64,000 nucleotides of DNA from Rickettsiales bacterium. Lineage in GTDB: Bacteria; Pseudomonadota; Alphaproteobacteria; Rs-D84. The first letter of the stretch is position 1. Every line of letters begins with the position of its first letter. Location of the stretch: the NCBI GenBank assembly GCA_031266915.1, contig JAISAB010000002.1, forward strand, positions 12,738 through 76,737, written 5' to 3'. Both the position numbers and the translations under genes were made by a program. Shown in pieces: positions 37,281 to 47,122 of this stretch. The notes under the pieces were generated by a model. The model was given only the letters and a program-made list of their open reading frames with translations. It had not been told where the DNA came from and made no database searches.

Positions 37281-37306
37281 ATCGTGACTCGTGATTCGTG
37301 AATCGC
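37281..37306. repeat. TCGTGAC/TCGTGAT/TCGTGAA heptamer tract (reverse complement of the CGAATCA repeat found in ftsK and rsmI)
   Basis: atcgtgactcgtgattcgtgaatcg. Confidence 0.6.
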
Positions 37307-37319
37307 AAGATGGCATATA

Positions 37320-37370
37320 AAACAGTAGTGAGTAGTGAACTAGTTAACTATGCACTAATCACTACTGATT
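37320..37370. repeat. Short TAGTNNN-heptad hairpin element
   Basis: agtagtgagtagtgaactagttaactatgcactaatcactactg. Confidence 0.6.
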
Positions 37371-37466
37371 GTTTCATATTCGCCATCCTTTGGATATTTG
37401 TTTTGAAACGATTCCCATAGGGCGTGCGGCGGAATTTTGATACGATATTCAAAAAGGTGTGCGCCA

Positions 37467-37889
37467 ATGAATTTATTAATCGCGGCGGTATTGTCGATTC
37501 TGCTGGCGGGCGCGTCGCATGCGGCAAATGATGCGCTGGTCGATACATTGTTCGAAGGGCCCTATACCGATTTATCATACGGCGATTATTCGACGATGTC
37601 CCAGCGCGTGCGCGTCTGCCGCCGCGTGGCGGACGTTGGCACGGACGCCGATTATGTTCTGCAGTGTTTGAAACGTCCGGAGCTGACCGAAATCGCTGAA
37701 CGCGAAGATGGCGAAAGGCTGTTCTTTGCGGCCGGGGATATAATCGCCGCCGCAGCGTCAGACGACCGGTATGTTTTTGTAAACGTCGTGTCGGACGCAG
37801 GCAAAACATGTTACCGCATTATTCGCGAAATAGACGAGGCGCGCGATGGGTATTATGCGGTGGAGGTGTGCGAACGAAATGAAAATTAA
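37467..37889 (+). CDS. Hypothetical secreted protein (signal peptide MNLLIAAVLSILLAGASHA)
   Basis: Shine-Dalgarno aaggtg 7 nt upstream of ATG at 37467 (ORF tool start 37437 is TTG). Confidence 0.5.
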   Translation: MNLLIAAVLSILLAGASHAANDALVDTLFEGPYTDLSYGDYSTMSQRVRVCRRVADVGTDADYVLQCLKRPELTEIAEREDGERLFFAAGDIIAAAASDDRYVFVNVVSDAGKTCYRIIREIDEARDGYYAVEVCERNEN

Positions 37890-37990
37890 TTTCTATGGGC
37901 GCCTGCTGGTTGTTGGCTTGCTCATGTACCTGTTTGTACACTACGCTCGCCAACAACTGCGCATTCGCCTCATATAAATTAATTTTTGCC
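37887..37990 (+). repeat. Post-stop element family B copy (terminal inverted repeat AAATTAATTTCTATGG…CCTCATATAAATTAATTTTT; stem gttgttggc/gccaacaac; core TCATGTAC-CTGTTT-GTACACT)
   Basis: Seen directly. Confidence 0.7.
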
Positions 37991-38082
37991 CAACGGACAG
38001 GAATGTTGTTTTTCGCGGTTTACCACTACCCTGTCTTCACGCTTCGCGTGAATCCACCCCTTCGCCAAGCGAAGGGGATTTA

Positions 38083-39360
38083 TTAATGTTTCCCGCCGAT
38101 TTTTATGCGGCCGCCCATAAGCGGCTGCAATTTTTTCGGAACGTTGACGCTGCCGTCGGCGTTCTGGTGGTTTTCAATCACCGCAGCCAAAGAGCGCGGC
38201 AGAGCCATGGCCGTATTGTTCAATGTCGCGACGAATTTGACCTCGTTGGTGCCGTTTTCGCGATAGCGCGTGTTTGTGCGGCGCGCCTGGAATTCACCGA
38301 TGGATGAACAGCTGCCCAGTTCCACGTATTTATCCTGGCCGGGCATGAAGGCTTCGATGTCATGCTGTTTGACTTTGTTAAAGCCCATGTCGCCCGTCGA
38401 AATGGCCAGCGTGCGGTACGGCATTTCCAAATCTTCCATAATTTCTTCCAAGATTGCGCGCAGCAAATCATGCATTTCGTCGCTTTGCTCGGGCTTGCAA
38501 AAAATAAACTGCTCGACTTTGTGGAATTGATGCACGCGAATCAATCCGCGCGTGTCGCGGCCGGCAGCGCCGGCCTCTTTGCGGAAACAGGGCGACCAGC
38601 CGGCATACTTTACGGGCAAATCGTTGTCGGATAAAATCTCGCCGTTGTGCAAAGAGTTCAATACGATTTCGCCCGTTCCGGACAGACATCGGTCCGTATC
38701 TTCCAGCATAAAGACGTCATTATTCATGACAGATAAATCAGCGCCCATAAAATGCCCGGCGTTAAAGACAGATTCGGGCTTGGTAATGGACGGCACCTGG
38801 ATGTACGTAAATCCGCGCGAAATCAATTTCTGCAAGACAAATGTTTGGATTGCCAAATCAAGCTCTGCGACTTCGCCCATCAGGCAATAGGTTCGCGAAC
38901 CGCAAACTTCGGCAATCTTTTCAGGCGACCACCACTTGTTCATATCCAAAATATCCCAGTGGGCAAGCGGAGTGAAACCAAAATCGCGAACTTTGCCCGC
39001 GCGCTTTATTTCCGTATTGGCGCTTTCGTCGCCGATTGGCGAATCGGCCGACGGGATTTGCGGAACGCGGTGCAGCAGGTCGTTCAATTGTGCCTCTTTA
39101 TCCGCCAATTCGGCCATGTCCGCGGCGATTTCGTCGCCGATAGCCTTGGATTGCGCAATCAGCGCGGCCTTGTCGGCGGCGGTCGGGATTTGTTTTGAGA
39201 TTTTATTTTTTTCCGCCGTTTTGGTTTGCGTTATTGTTTTCAATTCGCGGATGCGCGCATCCAGCGCGATAATGGCGTCCGTGTGGTCCGCGAATCCCTT
39301 GACCCGGCAGGCGTTCTTGACGACATCCGGGTTTTCGCGGATAAATTTTATGTCCAGCAT
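38083..39360 (-). CDS. serS: Serine-tRNA ligase SerS
   Basis: N-terminal coiled coil MLDIKFIREN…; class II motifs (…TGEI…, …GWSPCFRKEAGAAGRDTRGL…). Confidence 0.9.
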   Translation of the reverse strand: MLDIKFIRENPDVVKNACRVKGFADHTDAIIALDARIRELKTITQTKTAEKNKISKQIPTAADKAALIAQSKAIGDEIAADMAELADKEAQLNDLLHRVPQIPSADSPIGDESANTEIKRAGKVRDFGFTPLAHWDILDMNKWWSPEKIAEVCGSRTYCLMGEVAELDLAIQTFVLQKLISRGFTYIQVPSITKPESVFNAGHFMGADLSVMNNDVFMLEDTDRCLSGTGEIVLNSLHNGEILSDNDLPVKYAGWSPCFRKEAGAAGRDTRGLIRVHQFHKVEQFIFCKPEQSDEMHDLLRAILEEIMEDLEMPYRTLAISTGDMGFNKVKQHDIEAFMPGQDKYVELGSCSSIGEFQARRTNTRYRENGTNEVKFVATLNNTAMALPRSLAAVIENHQNADGSVNVPKKLQPLMGGRIKIGGKH

Positions 39361-39589
39361 GTTTGTACCTATTTTTGATTTCTGATTTAGTTTGGCTAAA
39401 TCATAAATTATATAATTGATTATAATGATGGCGCGCGTCAGCGCAATAGAAATTACATCCCCGACGGGGACGAGAATTTAGAGCACAGATAACAGCTAGC
39501 AGAGCACATATTTTTCATGATGCTTGGATTATAAACGATTCCCTTGATGAAATCAAGGATTGAAACACCTTATATTGCGCGACGTGCAA

Positions 39590-39883
39590 TCATAAGCCCC
39601 TTAGCATGCTGTGAGAGCGAACATGCGCCACCAGCGTCCGCAATTCCGCATAGATTATCTTATTTTTAACAAGATGGTCGCGAGTCCAATTTTGAGCCGC
39701 CCGTCTGTCTTTCGTTTCCATTTCTCGCTTTACGCGCAAAAGGTGCCCGACTTCAATCGCCTTGCGTTCGCCGTTCGGTATGATGTCGTTCAGTTCAACG
39801 AAATCATAATGCGCGGCCACCGCGTTCGGATAAAAAGACGGCGGATAATCAAATATGGACAATTCGGTTCTTAGCATAGGCAT
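39590..39883 (-). CDS. Hypothetical protein (97 aa)
   Basis: Intact ORF upstream of serS; no recognised domain. Confidence 0.35.
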   Translation of the reverse strand: MPMLRTELSIFDYPPSFYPNAVAAHYDFVELNDIIPNGERKAIEVGHLLRVKREMETKDRRAAQNWTRDHLVKNKIIYAELRTLVAHVRSHSMLRGL

Positions 39884-39898
39884 TTTGCACTCCTTTGA

Positions 39899-40438
39899 TT
39901 AGGCCGCGACAACCTTTTTGTCGTCGGTTTCCATTTCGTCCCGGAACAAGGCCGGCTGGGACTGGGCGCGCTCGAAGCTTTTGACGAACAAAAAATCGCT
40001 GAGCCTGTTCAGATACTGGATAACCGGCGCCAGGTTCATCCCGTATCTTTCAATTTCGGGCAGGGCGCGCTCGCCCTCCATCAATTCGACGACGCGCCGT
40101 TCCGCGCGGCGGCAAATCGCGCGCGCCAGCGACACGTATCCGCGCGGATTGACAAAGAACGGCGGAATGGAATTGTTGTGCGTGGTGATGTAATCCTCCA
40201 GCTGCCAAATCTGCTGGGCGACGCGGCGCTCGTCCACGTTCTTGTAATAGAAATAGCCCATCAGTTCGGACAGGAATGTCTGGACGTTGTCGAATTTGTC
40301 GTCGGCCAGACCCAGCGCGCAGGACAGCTCGTCCAGTTCGCCCTGAATCGTGATGACAGGATGAGTCTTGCTGGCAATCCTGTTCGGATTCAGCTGGGTC
40401 ATTCCCGTATCTCCGCCTTTTGTTGTAATCAGTGCCAT
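39899..40438 (-). CDS. ATP:cob(I)alamin adenosyltransferase, PduO type
   Basis: ITTKGGDTGMTQL… N-terminal signature of the PduO/MMAB family; adjacent to the B12-dependent RNR. Confidence 0.75.
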   Translation of the reverse strand: MALITTKGGDTGMTQLNPNRIASKTHPVITIQGELDELSCALGLADDKFDNVQTFLSELMGYFYYKNVDERRVAQQIWQLEDYITTHNNSIPPFFVNPRGYVSLARAICRRAERRVVELMEGERALPEIERYGMNLAPVIQYLNRLSDFLFVKSFERAQSQPALFRDEMETDDKKVVAA

Positions 40439-40482
40439 TTCAAAAATCCTCCGGATTTTTTAATTTATAAGTTATAAAGGAT

Positions 40483-40833
40483 AAGTTATAACTTTTTAAC
40501 CTTTTTTATAATCGATGTCAGAATCTTTTCCAATTCTACGCAATCCTTGTAAATATCATCAAACTGTTTCTTTGTAATAAAACCAGACTTTTGCAACAGC
40601 CGCAGCCAAAACAGTGTTTAGGAACATTCGCGCTGCGATATTTCAAGCTTTGCAACAAAATCCCTGTCGCTTGATGCATGCACCGCTTCCGCCGCATTCG
40701 CACCAATGCTTGTGCCTGAGCGAAAAATCTGTTTCGAAATAATGAACTCTTTTTTATTATTAAGATATTTAAAGAGTTTTATTATTCTTAAGGCGAAATC
40801 TTCGCTTTTTTGCAAAATCAGACTCTCGGCCAT
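40483..40833 (-). pseudogene. Four-helix-bundle ('23S rRNA intervening sequence') protein interrupted by an in-frame TAA
   Basis: …GTSIGANAAEA…KLEISQRECS*TLFWLRLLQKSGFITKKQFDDIYKDCVELEKIL… continuous in one frame across the stop at 40615..40617; low-GC region. Confidence 0.55.
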
Positions 40834-40881
40834 ATTATAACTTATCCCTTATAACTTATAATTGGTTTGACAGCTTCGCTG

Positions 40882-42747
40882 TCAAACCAATTCGCATCCG
40901 CCGGCGGCGCAGGCCGCCTCGGCGCCAAAGTTAACGAAATTCTTTTCCTCGTGAATTCTTTCCAAGTGCAGGTCGCGGACCCGGTTCGCGAATTCCCTGT
41001 ACACGTCTTCGTTCGTGTCTTCGAACGGCGCCTGGACATAGGACGAATCGGAATAAGGCAGCAGCGAGATTCCCGTATAGCTGCCGCGGTTGTTCCACAT
41101 CCATTCGCGCACCTCGTCCCATTCGTGGTTCTTGACGTTGCAGGTGCAGGACACGTTGTTGTAATTCTCGCCCTTGACGTGGCCGGGCACGACCCAGTTT
41201 TCAAAGATATACTTCACGCGTTCCAGAAATTCGACGGCCGTTTCATTGCGGCGCGTCACCGCGCCTTCAGGCGCGCGGATGACCAGCGACACGACGGCGT
41301 TCTTGTTGGGGTTCATTTCTTCGTCCTCGACCAAATCGGGAAAATTTTCGACCATATAGGCGTATAAGGGTTCCATCTTGTTCACGCGCAGGCGGCGGAT
41401 ATAATGCTTGGCGTGCCACGGGTGAATTCCGCTGGATGTTCCCAAGACCAAGCTGCCCGTGCCGTCAGGCTTTACAGTCGTCAGCCTGTCAGCCGTCTTG
41501 ATGCCGATTTTATCGGCAATGTGTTTGTTCGCGTCCTTGACATGGCCGGCCGCTTCCTTGAAATTCAAGGCGGATAAATCCGGGTGTGACGCGATGCCCG
41601 TCAGCGATACGCCAATCAGCGCCATATCATCAGCCCTTTCTTTCCACCGCGGGTCGATATACTTAAAGTCCGTATACGCGGCCTGCAGCGTGCCCAAGAC
41701 CGATGCATAGTACGCGCGTTCGTTGAAATCTTCCTGGGATTCGACGCTGCCCAGATTGACGGACGTCAGATTGCAGAAACCGTTCGACGGCATGGAAATC
41801 TCGCAGCAGGGATTGACCAACCAGTCGTTCGCGTTCGACAATACCACGCCCGGTTCGCCGCAGCCCGATGCCTGGCACTGGGCGAAGATTCTGTCGAAGT
41901 CTTCGCGCGTCATGTCTTCGCGGTCGAATTGCACGGAATTGTTGGACAGGCCGCGCTGGGGGTTTGTTTCCCACCAGTTGCCTTCCTTGGCATGCAGCAT
42001 AAGCTCGTCGTCCTTGTCGAACAGGCAAATCATAGCGCTGCGGCGCACGCCGCCGGCCAGGACGGCCTCGGATATAAAGCAGCAGATGTCATAGCAGTCC
42101 AGCGATGTCAGTTTCTTTTCGCCGTCCGCGATTTTCCGGTCCATCAGCTTTTTCAAATTATCCAGGCTTTGGCGCAGCGGCTCTGGTCCCGGCGCGGCGC
42201 ACATCGACGATTTAATCAGCGCGCCCTTTGGGCGAATAGCCGACAAGTCGAATTCAATATCATCGCCCGTTTCAAAATAAGCCTTGAACAATGCGCGCGT
42301 GCAGTCCGCCCAGCCCTCGATGGAATCATCCGGCTTGAACACGGTTTTCCTGCCGCTGCGCGCAACCATTTCCGGCAGTTTTTCCACAAAATTCCGGCGG
42401 ACGGAAAAACCGACGCCCGTGCCGCATAATAATAAATAGAACAGGTCCGAAAAGGCCTCGACCTTGTCGATTCCAATCGCGCTGCAGTTATACATGCGCG
42501 CGTTGTTGCGGAATATGCCGTCACCGCCGAACTGCATCGAGCGCATGGACGGCAATATCTTTTTTTCCAGCACCAGCTGATAGGCGCGTTCAATCTTGTC
42601 GGCGACTTGGGGGAATTTCGCCATGTGCATGTCCTTGTTGCGCTGGATGGTCTCTTCCCAAGTCTCGCGGCGCTTTTTGTCCGGCATGTATTTGGAGTAC
42701 TTCATATAATAGGTCAAATCGGATAAAAGTTTAAGGGTCTCGTTCAT
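40882..42747 (-). CDS. nrdJ: Adenosylcobalamin-dependent ribonucleotide reductase, class II (NrdJ-like, monomeric type)
   Basis: 621 aa; RNR active-site features (…NPCCEI…), C-terminal Cys pair; neighbours the PduO adenosyltransferase. Confidence 0.7.
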   Translation of the reverse strand: MNETLKLLSDLTYYMKYSKYMPDKKRRETWEETIQRNKDMHMAKFPQVADKIERAYQLVLEKKILPSMRSMQFGGDGIFRNNARMYNCSAIGIDKVEAFSDLFYLLLCGTGVGFSVRRNFVEKLPEMVARSGRKTVFKPDDSIEGWADCTRALFKAYFETGDDIEFDLSAIRPKGALIKSSMCAAPGPEPLRQSLDNLKKLMDRKIADGEKKLTSLDCYDICCFISEAVLAGGVRRSAMICLFDKDDELMLHAKEGNWWETNPQRGLSNNSVQFDREDMTREDFDRIFAQCQASGCGEPGVVLSNANDWLVNPCCEISMPSNGFCNLTSVNLGSVESQEDFNERAYYASVLGTLQAAYTDFKYIDPRWKERADDMALIGVSLTGIASHPDLSALNFKEAAGHVKDANKHIADKIGIKTADRLTTVKPDGTGSLVLGTSSGIHPWHAKHYIRRLRVNKMEPLYAYMVENFPDLVEDEEMNPNKNAVVSLVIRAPEGAVTRRNETAVEFLERVKYIFENWVVPGHVKGENYNNVSCTCNVKNHEWDEVREWMWNNRGSYTGISLLPYSDSSYVQAPFEDTNEDVYREFANRVRDLHLERIHEEKNFVNFGAEAACAAGGCELV

Positions 42748-42956
42748 TACATTCCTTTTTACGTCTGGTCAGCACTTGAATCACGCAACCTTGCAAATCA
42801 CATTACAATTCGCCGCTAATAACGCGGCTCATCAAATGTTCATATGCTCGGTTTCGTTCATATCACAGTTACTTTGTTGTTATTCCTGTTTTTTTGCGTC
42901 CCTCCCCCCATAAATACGCAAAAATCAACAGGTAGTATTAATTTAGCTGGTTTTAA

Positions 42957-42972
42957 CACAATATATAGTATT
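42957..42972. promoter_or_regulatory. Candidate NrdR box (ACACAATATATAGTAT, 13/16 to consensus ACACTATATATAGTGT) upstream of nrdJ
   Basis: Single palindrome-like site about 210 bp upstream of the RNR start; no clear second box. Confidence 0.3.
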
Positions 42973-43255
42973 TCGAGTCGAAATGGTTAAAAAAAATTTG
43001 ATAAAAACGATAATTTGGGCTTGACTTAAAAATATGCCCGTTTTCCGCACGATTCATAAGGGGACGAAGCAGCGGACTTTTGCACAAAAAACCGGTTTGT
43101 ATTAATAATTTTGGGAATCGGAAGACAATTGATTTAGAATCGGTTCCGAATCCGTTGCGAATCATGGCGGACAGGGCGGTTTTTAAAAATGACTTTTATC
43201 GGCGGATTTTATATGGTATGCTGCCCCAATCAAAACTAAGATGGAGAACTATAGT

Positions 43256-44167
43256 ATGTATGACGTTATTATTTTGGGCTCGGGACCGGCCGGATTGACG
43301 GCGGCGCTGTATTGCGCCCGCGCAGGAAAGCGGACGCTGGTCCTGGGCGGCGACAAGCTGGGCGGCCAGACGGCCGGCATCGCCATATTGGAAAATTACC
43401 CGGGCTGGGCCGGCAGTGGGCTGGAACTGTCCAAATTCATAAAGAACCAGGCGACTAGCTTCGGCGCTGAGATTATTCTCGCCAGCGCGAAATCTGTTAC
43501 GGCGAATCAGAAACAGGGAATCGGATTTACGGTCGTTGCCGACAACGCGGCGGAATATGAATCGCGGGCCGTCATCGCGTCGACCGGCGCGTCGCCGCGC
43601 AAGTTGGAAATCGCCGGCGCGCGCGAATTGTTCGGCCGTGGCGTATCCTATTGCGCGACGTGCGATGGATTCTTTTACAACGGCAAGAGCGTACTGGTCA
43701 TCGGCGGCGGGAATTCCGCGCTGAACGACGCGCTGTATCTGGCGGATTTGGCCGAAACGGTAAAGATTGTTTATCGCAAGGATTCCTTTGCCCGCGCCGA
43801 ACAGGTTATGGTCGACCGCGTCAATGAAAGGTCCAACATCGAATGTCTGTTCAACACGGAACTGGCAAGCCTGGCGCTTAAACCGGACAGCGCGGATGGC
43901 GAATTGATTGCGACCACGACAAGCGGCGATACGATTGCATGCGACGGCGTGTTTGTCGCCATCGGGCACGAGGCCAATACGGATTATCTGCCCGAAGACA
44001 TCAAGCGCGACGACATGGGGCGTCTGGCGCAAAGCGAATTGCCGCCGGGCCTGTTTGTTGCCGGCGACGTGCAAAGCGACCTGAAGATGCAGATTGCAAC
44101 TGCGGTCGGCACTGGCTGTTCGGCCGCGATGGACGCGATTGCGTTTATTAACACCAGTAGTGAATAG
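43256..44167 (+). CDS. trxB: Thioredoxin-disulfide reductase TrxB
   Basis: MYDVIILGSGPAGLTAALYCARAG…CATCDGF…GGGNSALNDALYL; ATG at 43256 with GGAGA Shine-Dalgarno. Confidence 0.9.
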   Translation: MYDVIILGSGPAGLTAALYCARAGKRTLVLGGDKLGGQTAGIAILENYPGWAGSGLELSKFIKNQATSFGAEIILASAKSVTANQKQGIGFTVVADNAAEYESRAVIASTGASPRKLEIAGARELFGRGVSYCATCDGFFYNGKSVLVIGGGNSALNDALYLADLAETVKIVYRKDSFARAEQVMVDRVNERSNIECLFNTELASLALKPDSADGELIATTTSGDTIACDGVFVAIGHEANTDYLPEDIKRDDMGRLAQSELPPGLFVAGDVQSDLKMQIATAVGTGCSAAMDAIAFINTSSE

Positions 44168-44262
44168 TCATTAGTCAGTAGTCTATAGTCAATTAGTTAA
44201 TAAAGTCGTCGGCTCCGCCGACACATTCACTAGTGACTATTGACTAATGACTATTCACTAGC
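44160..44262. repeat. TAGTNNN-heptad hairpin element with central GC hairpin (gtcgtcggctccgccgacac)
   Basis: agtgaatagtcattagtcagtagtctatagtcaattagtt … cactagtgactattgactaatgactattcactag. Confidence 0.7.
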
Positions 44263-44509
44263 GTTTTAATAGTTGACTTTTTTCACGATAAATACTATTG
44301 TCAGCGTGACGGATTGCCTAATCTAAACCAGCGTTTTTGCGACGCTTTTTTTATGTTTTTTATTCATTGGTTTTCTCGGCTTTTTTCATTTCTTTTATTG
44401 CCTAATCCAAACGCTGGTTTTGATTAGCAGTCTGGGGGTTGCCATAAAGGCGCGGGTTTCCCAGTGTTTTTTGCCTTTTAAACAGGTTGCGAAAATCGGG
44501 GTTCCGATT

Positions 44510-45229
44510 ATGGCGATATTGCTGTGTTTATTCGCGTTCGGCCCGGCGCATGCCTATGATAGAGACTGTAACGACGAATATGAAAATTACTGTGGATTTG
44601 TGCTTCAAATTGGAAGAAGAGATACGGTAACTTGTTCTGGGGAGTATTATATGGGCGAATATATCGGAGACGTTACATGCGGTTGTAGTGATCCCGAAAA
44701 AGAACTTTCACGTGAAGCTGGCGGTTGTGTTTGTATGTCGGGATATTATGGTCTGGGCGGTAACGAAGCCTGCAATAAATGTCCGGACAACGGTCTTGCG
44801 GACAGCGGTGGGGATAACAAAGGTGGCTTGCTCAATGGTAGTATAGAAGATTGCTATAAAATCATGAATAATGTTTCTGATTCGTCGGCTCATGCCACGC
44901 TAAGGCAAATGTGTTTTTATAAAGACGGTTCGTACAGCGACTGCACGATGACATCGATTGTTAGGTGCGAGGCGGGATATTACCGCGTTAACGCGTCAGA
45001 TTTATCGTGTGTCGCGGTCGGCGTGAATTATTACAGCGTTTCGCCTTTTTCCCGCCAGTTGTGCGAGTCTTATACCAATCCGTCAGGCGGCGCGTCCTAT
45101 GGTCAGACAAGCGGTTACGGTACCGACGCAGACGCCAAAACCGATTGCAAAATCCCGGGAACCGAGGTCTTTACCGACACCACCGGCAGTTGGAATTACG
45201 ACTACGGCGGATGCCCGTGGAGCAATTAA
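44510..45229 (+). CDS. Secreted cysteine-rich protein (signal peptide MAILLCLFAFGPAHA; more than 25 Cys)
   Basis: Cys-rich repeats (CGC, CVC, CNKC…); upstream TTGCCTAATC(T/C)AAAC motifs. Confidence 0.55.
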   Translation: MAILLCLFAFGPAHAYDRDCNDEYENYCGFVLQIGRRDTVTCSGEYYMGEYIGDVTCGCSDPEKELSREAGGCVCMSGYYGLGGNEACNKCPDNGLADSGGDNKGGLLNGSIEDCYKIMNNVSDSSAHATLRQMCFYKDGSYSDCTMTSIVRCEAGYYRVNASDLSCVAVGVNYYSVSPFSRQLCESYTNPSGGASYGQTSGYGTDADAKTDCKIPGTEVFTDTTGSWNYDYGGCPWSN

Positions 45230-45276
45230 TGGTACTGGGTGCTGGCGAGAGAGAATAAACCGAAAATGAAACAACG

Positions 45277-47001
45277 ATGAAATACACATTGAAAAACAAC
45301 CTGATAAAGATGGCGGTCTGGTCGAAATCGGCTGCATTGACAGCATTAATGTTCATGGCGGCATGCGACGGGACGGAGCCGATTGAACCGGTCAATCCGA
45401 CGCCGGAACCAGGACCGGAACCGAAAACGGAAAAGGTTCAAATAAATCTGAATGCCTTGTCCGATTTCGAATCGAATCTGAAAACTCCGCGACGCGACGG
45501 CAAGACCTATGACGCGTTTGTTTTGCAAGACATCGCCGCGGATTCGGTTGGTCTGGCGAAAACCTTGGCCGACTGGAAATCGATGAACGACACCGTGCCG
45601 AATTTAAAAACGGATTGGAAAGGTAAGGGAATTTACGTTCCAAAAAAGAAAACCGTTTACGCGTTCGGCGATTATGTTGCGGCTGGAATGCCAAAGATTA
45701 TCGCGAACCCTGAAAACGGCGTTATGCCGTCTGCGGCCAGCGCGGCCGATTCGACGGAATACAGCAAGCTGGGGCTGACGCTTGAAGTCCGCCGGGAAAA
45801 AGCGTCGAACGACGCTGAAACTGTCGAGGATTTAGCGAACTTGGTCAACGCTGCGCAGGTCGCAACGGAGCCGGTCGTTATCAACGTGACGGACGTTCTA
45901 GAGGTCGGCAACGGCAATGCCGGGAAGCTGGAAGCCGCTTTGGCGCAGATAGTTGCAAGCCCAAACATAAGCGTCGGGGGAAAGATAGAGATTGCGCCTA
46001 CAAGTGATTCGGTCGCGGTAACGAATGCCTTTATTGGGAATCTGGCTGCGACGAATGGTCGGATAGTCGGCGGCGGCGCGAACGCGTTGTTTATAAATGA
46101 TGTCAAAGATTCGGAAACCCTGCGCACAGTTCTGGCCGATGGCGCGCGGGTCAGAACGGACGTGTCCGTGAACTTCGCGAATACGGATATTGCGATTCCG
46201 AATCAAATAATCTATAACGCAAATGCGCAATTAATGGGCGCCGCGACAAAATCCGCCGCGGTCGCGCCGACATTCGCCCAGGGCGTCAGGGGACTGCCGT
46301 CGCGCAATGGGTGGCGGAATAAGAACTATCGCCTGCGGACTGAATCCAGCATCGACCTGTATAATAACGAGGAGGAAATACTGTCGCGCATATCGCAGCC
46401 GTCCGTTCGCGGCACGGTCGATTATCCGAATCCTGACATCTGGTGCGATAACGACCCGGTTTATCGAAACATATTTCTGGACAAGACACGGGTGTATTCT
46501 GATTCAGTCGGTTTGGCGATTAACCAGCGCGTCAAAGGCTCGCACGGTCAGACCAAGATACGCACGGTCAGCATGTCGTCGGCTATGTCGTATGACATCG
46601 CGCATTATTACGAAGATGCGAACATGGTGACAAAATCGCCGGGCGGCATAGAGCGGCTGCAGGTTATTCTGCTGCATATTAACAGCGCGAGATTGCCGCT
46701 GAATAATCCTGTATTGGCCGAGCATGCGGACTTGCACGTTTTTCCGTATACGATTGACGCGATGAAGTATTGCTTTGTGGTGCCAGATAATGTCGTTTTG
46801 GAAAAAGGGGATGGATTTGAAGTTATGTTTGAGAACGACAGAAAGGTGATGAAGCTGATAGAGGGCGCCGGCGTTATCACAATATCGAACCGCAAGGTGA
46901 ATGATGCGGGCGCGGGCATTCTGGGTCAGAGAAAGAGTTTCTTTTGGATAACGTCCGAAGAGTACGCCCAGTACGTCGCCGATGGAAAACGGGCAAGATA
47001 A
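45277..47001 (+). CDS. Large hypothetical lipoprotein (574 aa)
   Basis: Lipobox LMFMAAC; Pro/Glu-rich linker then a long soluble domain; no recognised family. Confidence 0.55.
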   Translation: MKYTLKNNLIKMAVWSKSAALTALMFMAACDGTEPIEPVNPTPEPGPEPKTEKVQINLNALSDFESNLKTPRRDGKTYDAFVLQDIAADSVGLAKTLADWKSMNDTVPNLKTDWKGKGIYVPKKKTVYAFGDYVAAGMPKIIANPENGVMPSAASAADSTEYSKLGLTLEVRREKASNDAETVEDLANLVNAAQVATEPVVINVTDVLEVGNGNAGKLEAALAQIVASPNISVGGKIEIAPTSDSVAVTNAFIGNLAATNGRIVGGGANALFINDVKDSETLRTVLADGARVRTDVSVNFANTDIAIPNQIIYNANAQLMGAATKSAAVAPTFAQGVRGLPSRNGWRNKNYRLRTESSIDLYNNEEEILSRISQPSVRGTVDYPNPDIWCDNDPVYRNIFLDKTRVYSDSVGLAINQRVKGSHGQTKIRTVSMSSAMSYDIAHYYEDANMVTKSPGGIERLQVILLHINSARLPLNNPVLAEHADLHVFPYTIDAMKYCFVVPDNVVLEKGDGFEVMFENDRKVMKLIEGAGVITISNRKVNDAGAGILGQRKSFFWITSEEYAQYVADGKRAR

Positions 47002-47003
47002 AT

Positions 47004-47122
47004 AATAGTCAATAGTCTATAGTCGTTAGTTATTAGTGAAGGTGTCGCGCAACCTGTCCACCGAAGCCTTGGCGAAGGTGGAAGCGCGACGACTTTATTA
47101 ACTATTGACTAATAACTATTTC
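47004..47122. repeat. TAGTNNN-heptad hairpin element with extended central GC hairpin (gtgtcgcgc…ccaccgaagccttggcgaaggtgg…gcgcgacgac)
   Basis: The central hairpin is related to that of 11330..11437. Confidence 0.7.

Noticed and set aside
42748-43240. Cobalamin riboswitch upstream of the B12-dependent RNR
   Set aside because: No B12-box-like conserved core was found in either orientation of the 500-bp spacer. B12 riboswitches normally repress B12-independent RNRs rather than nrdJ.
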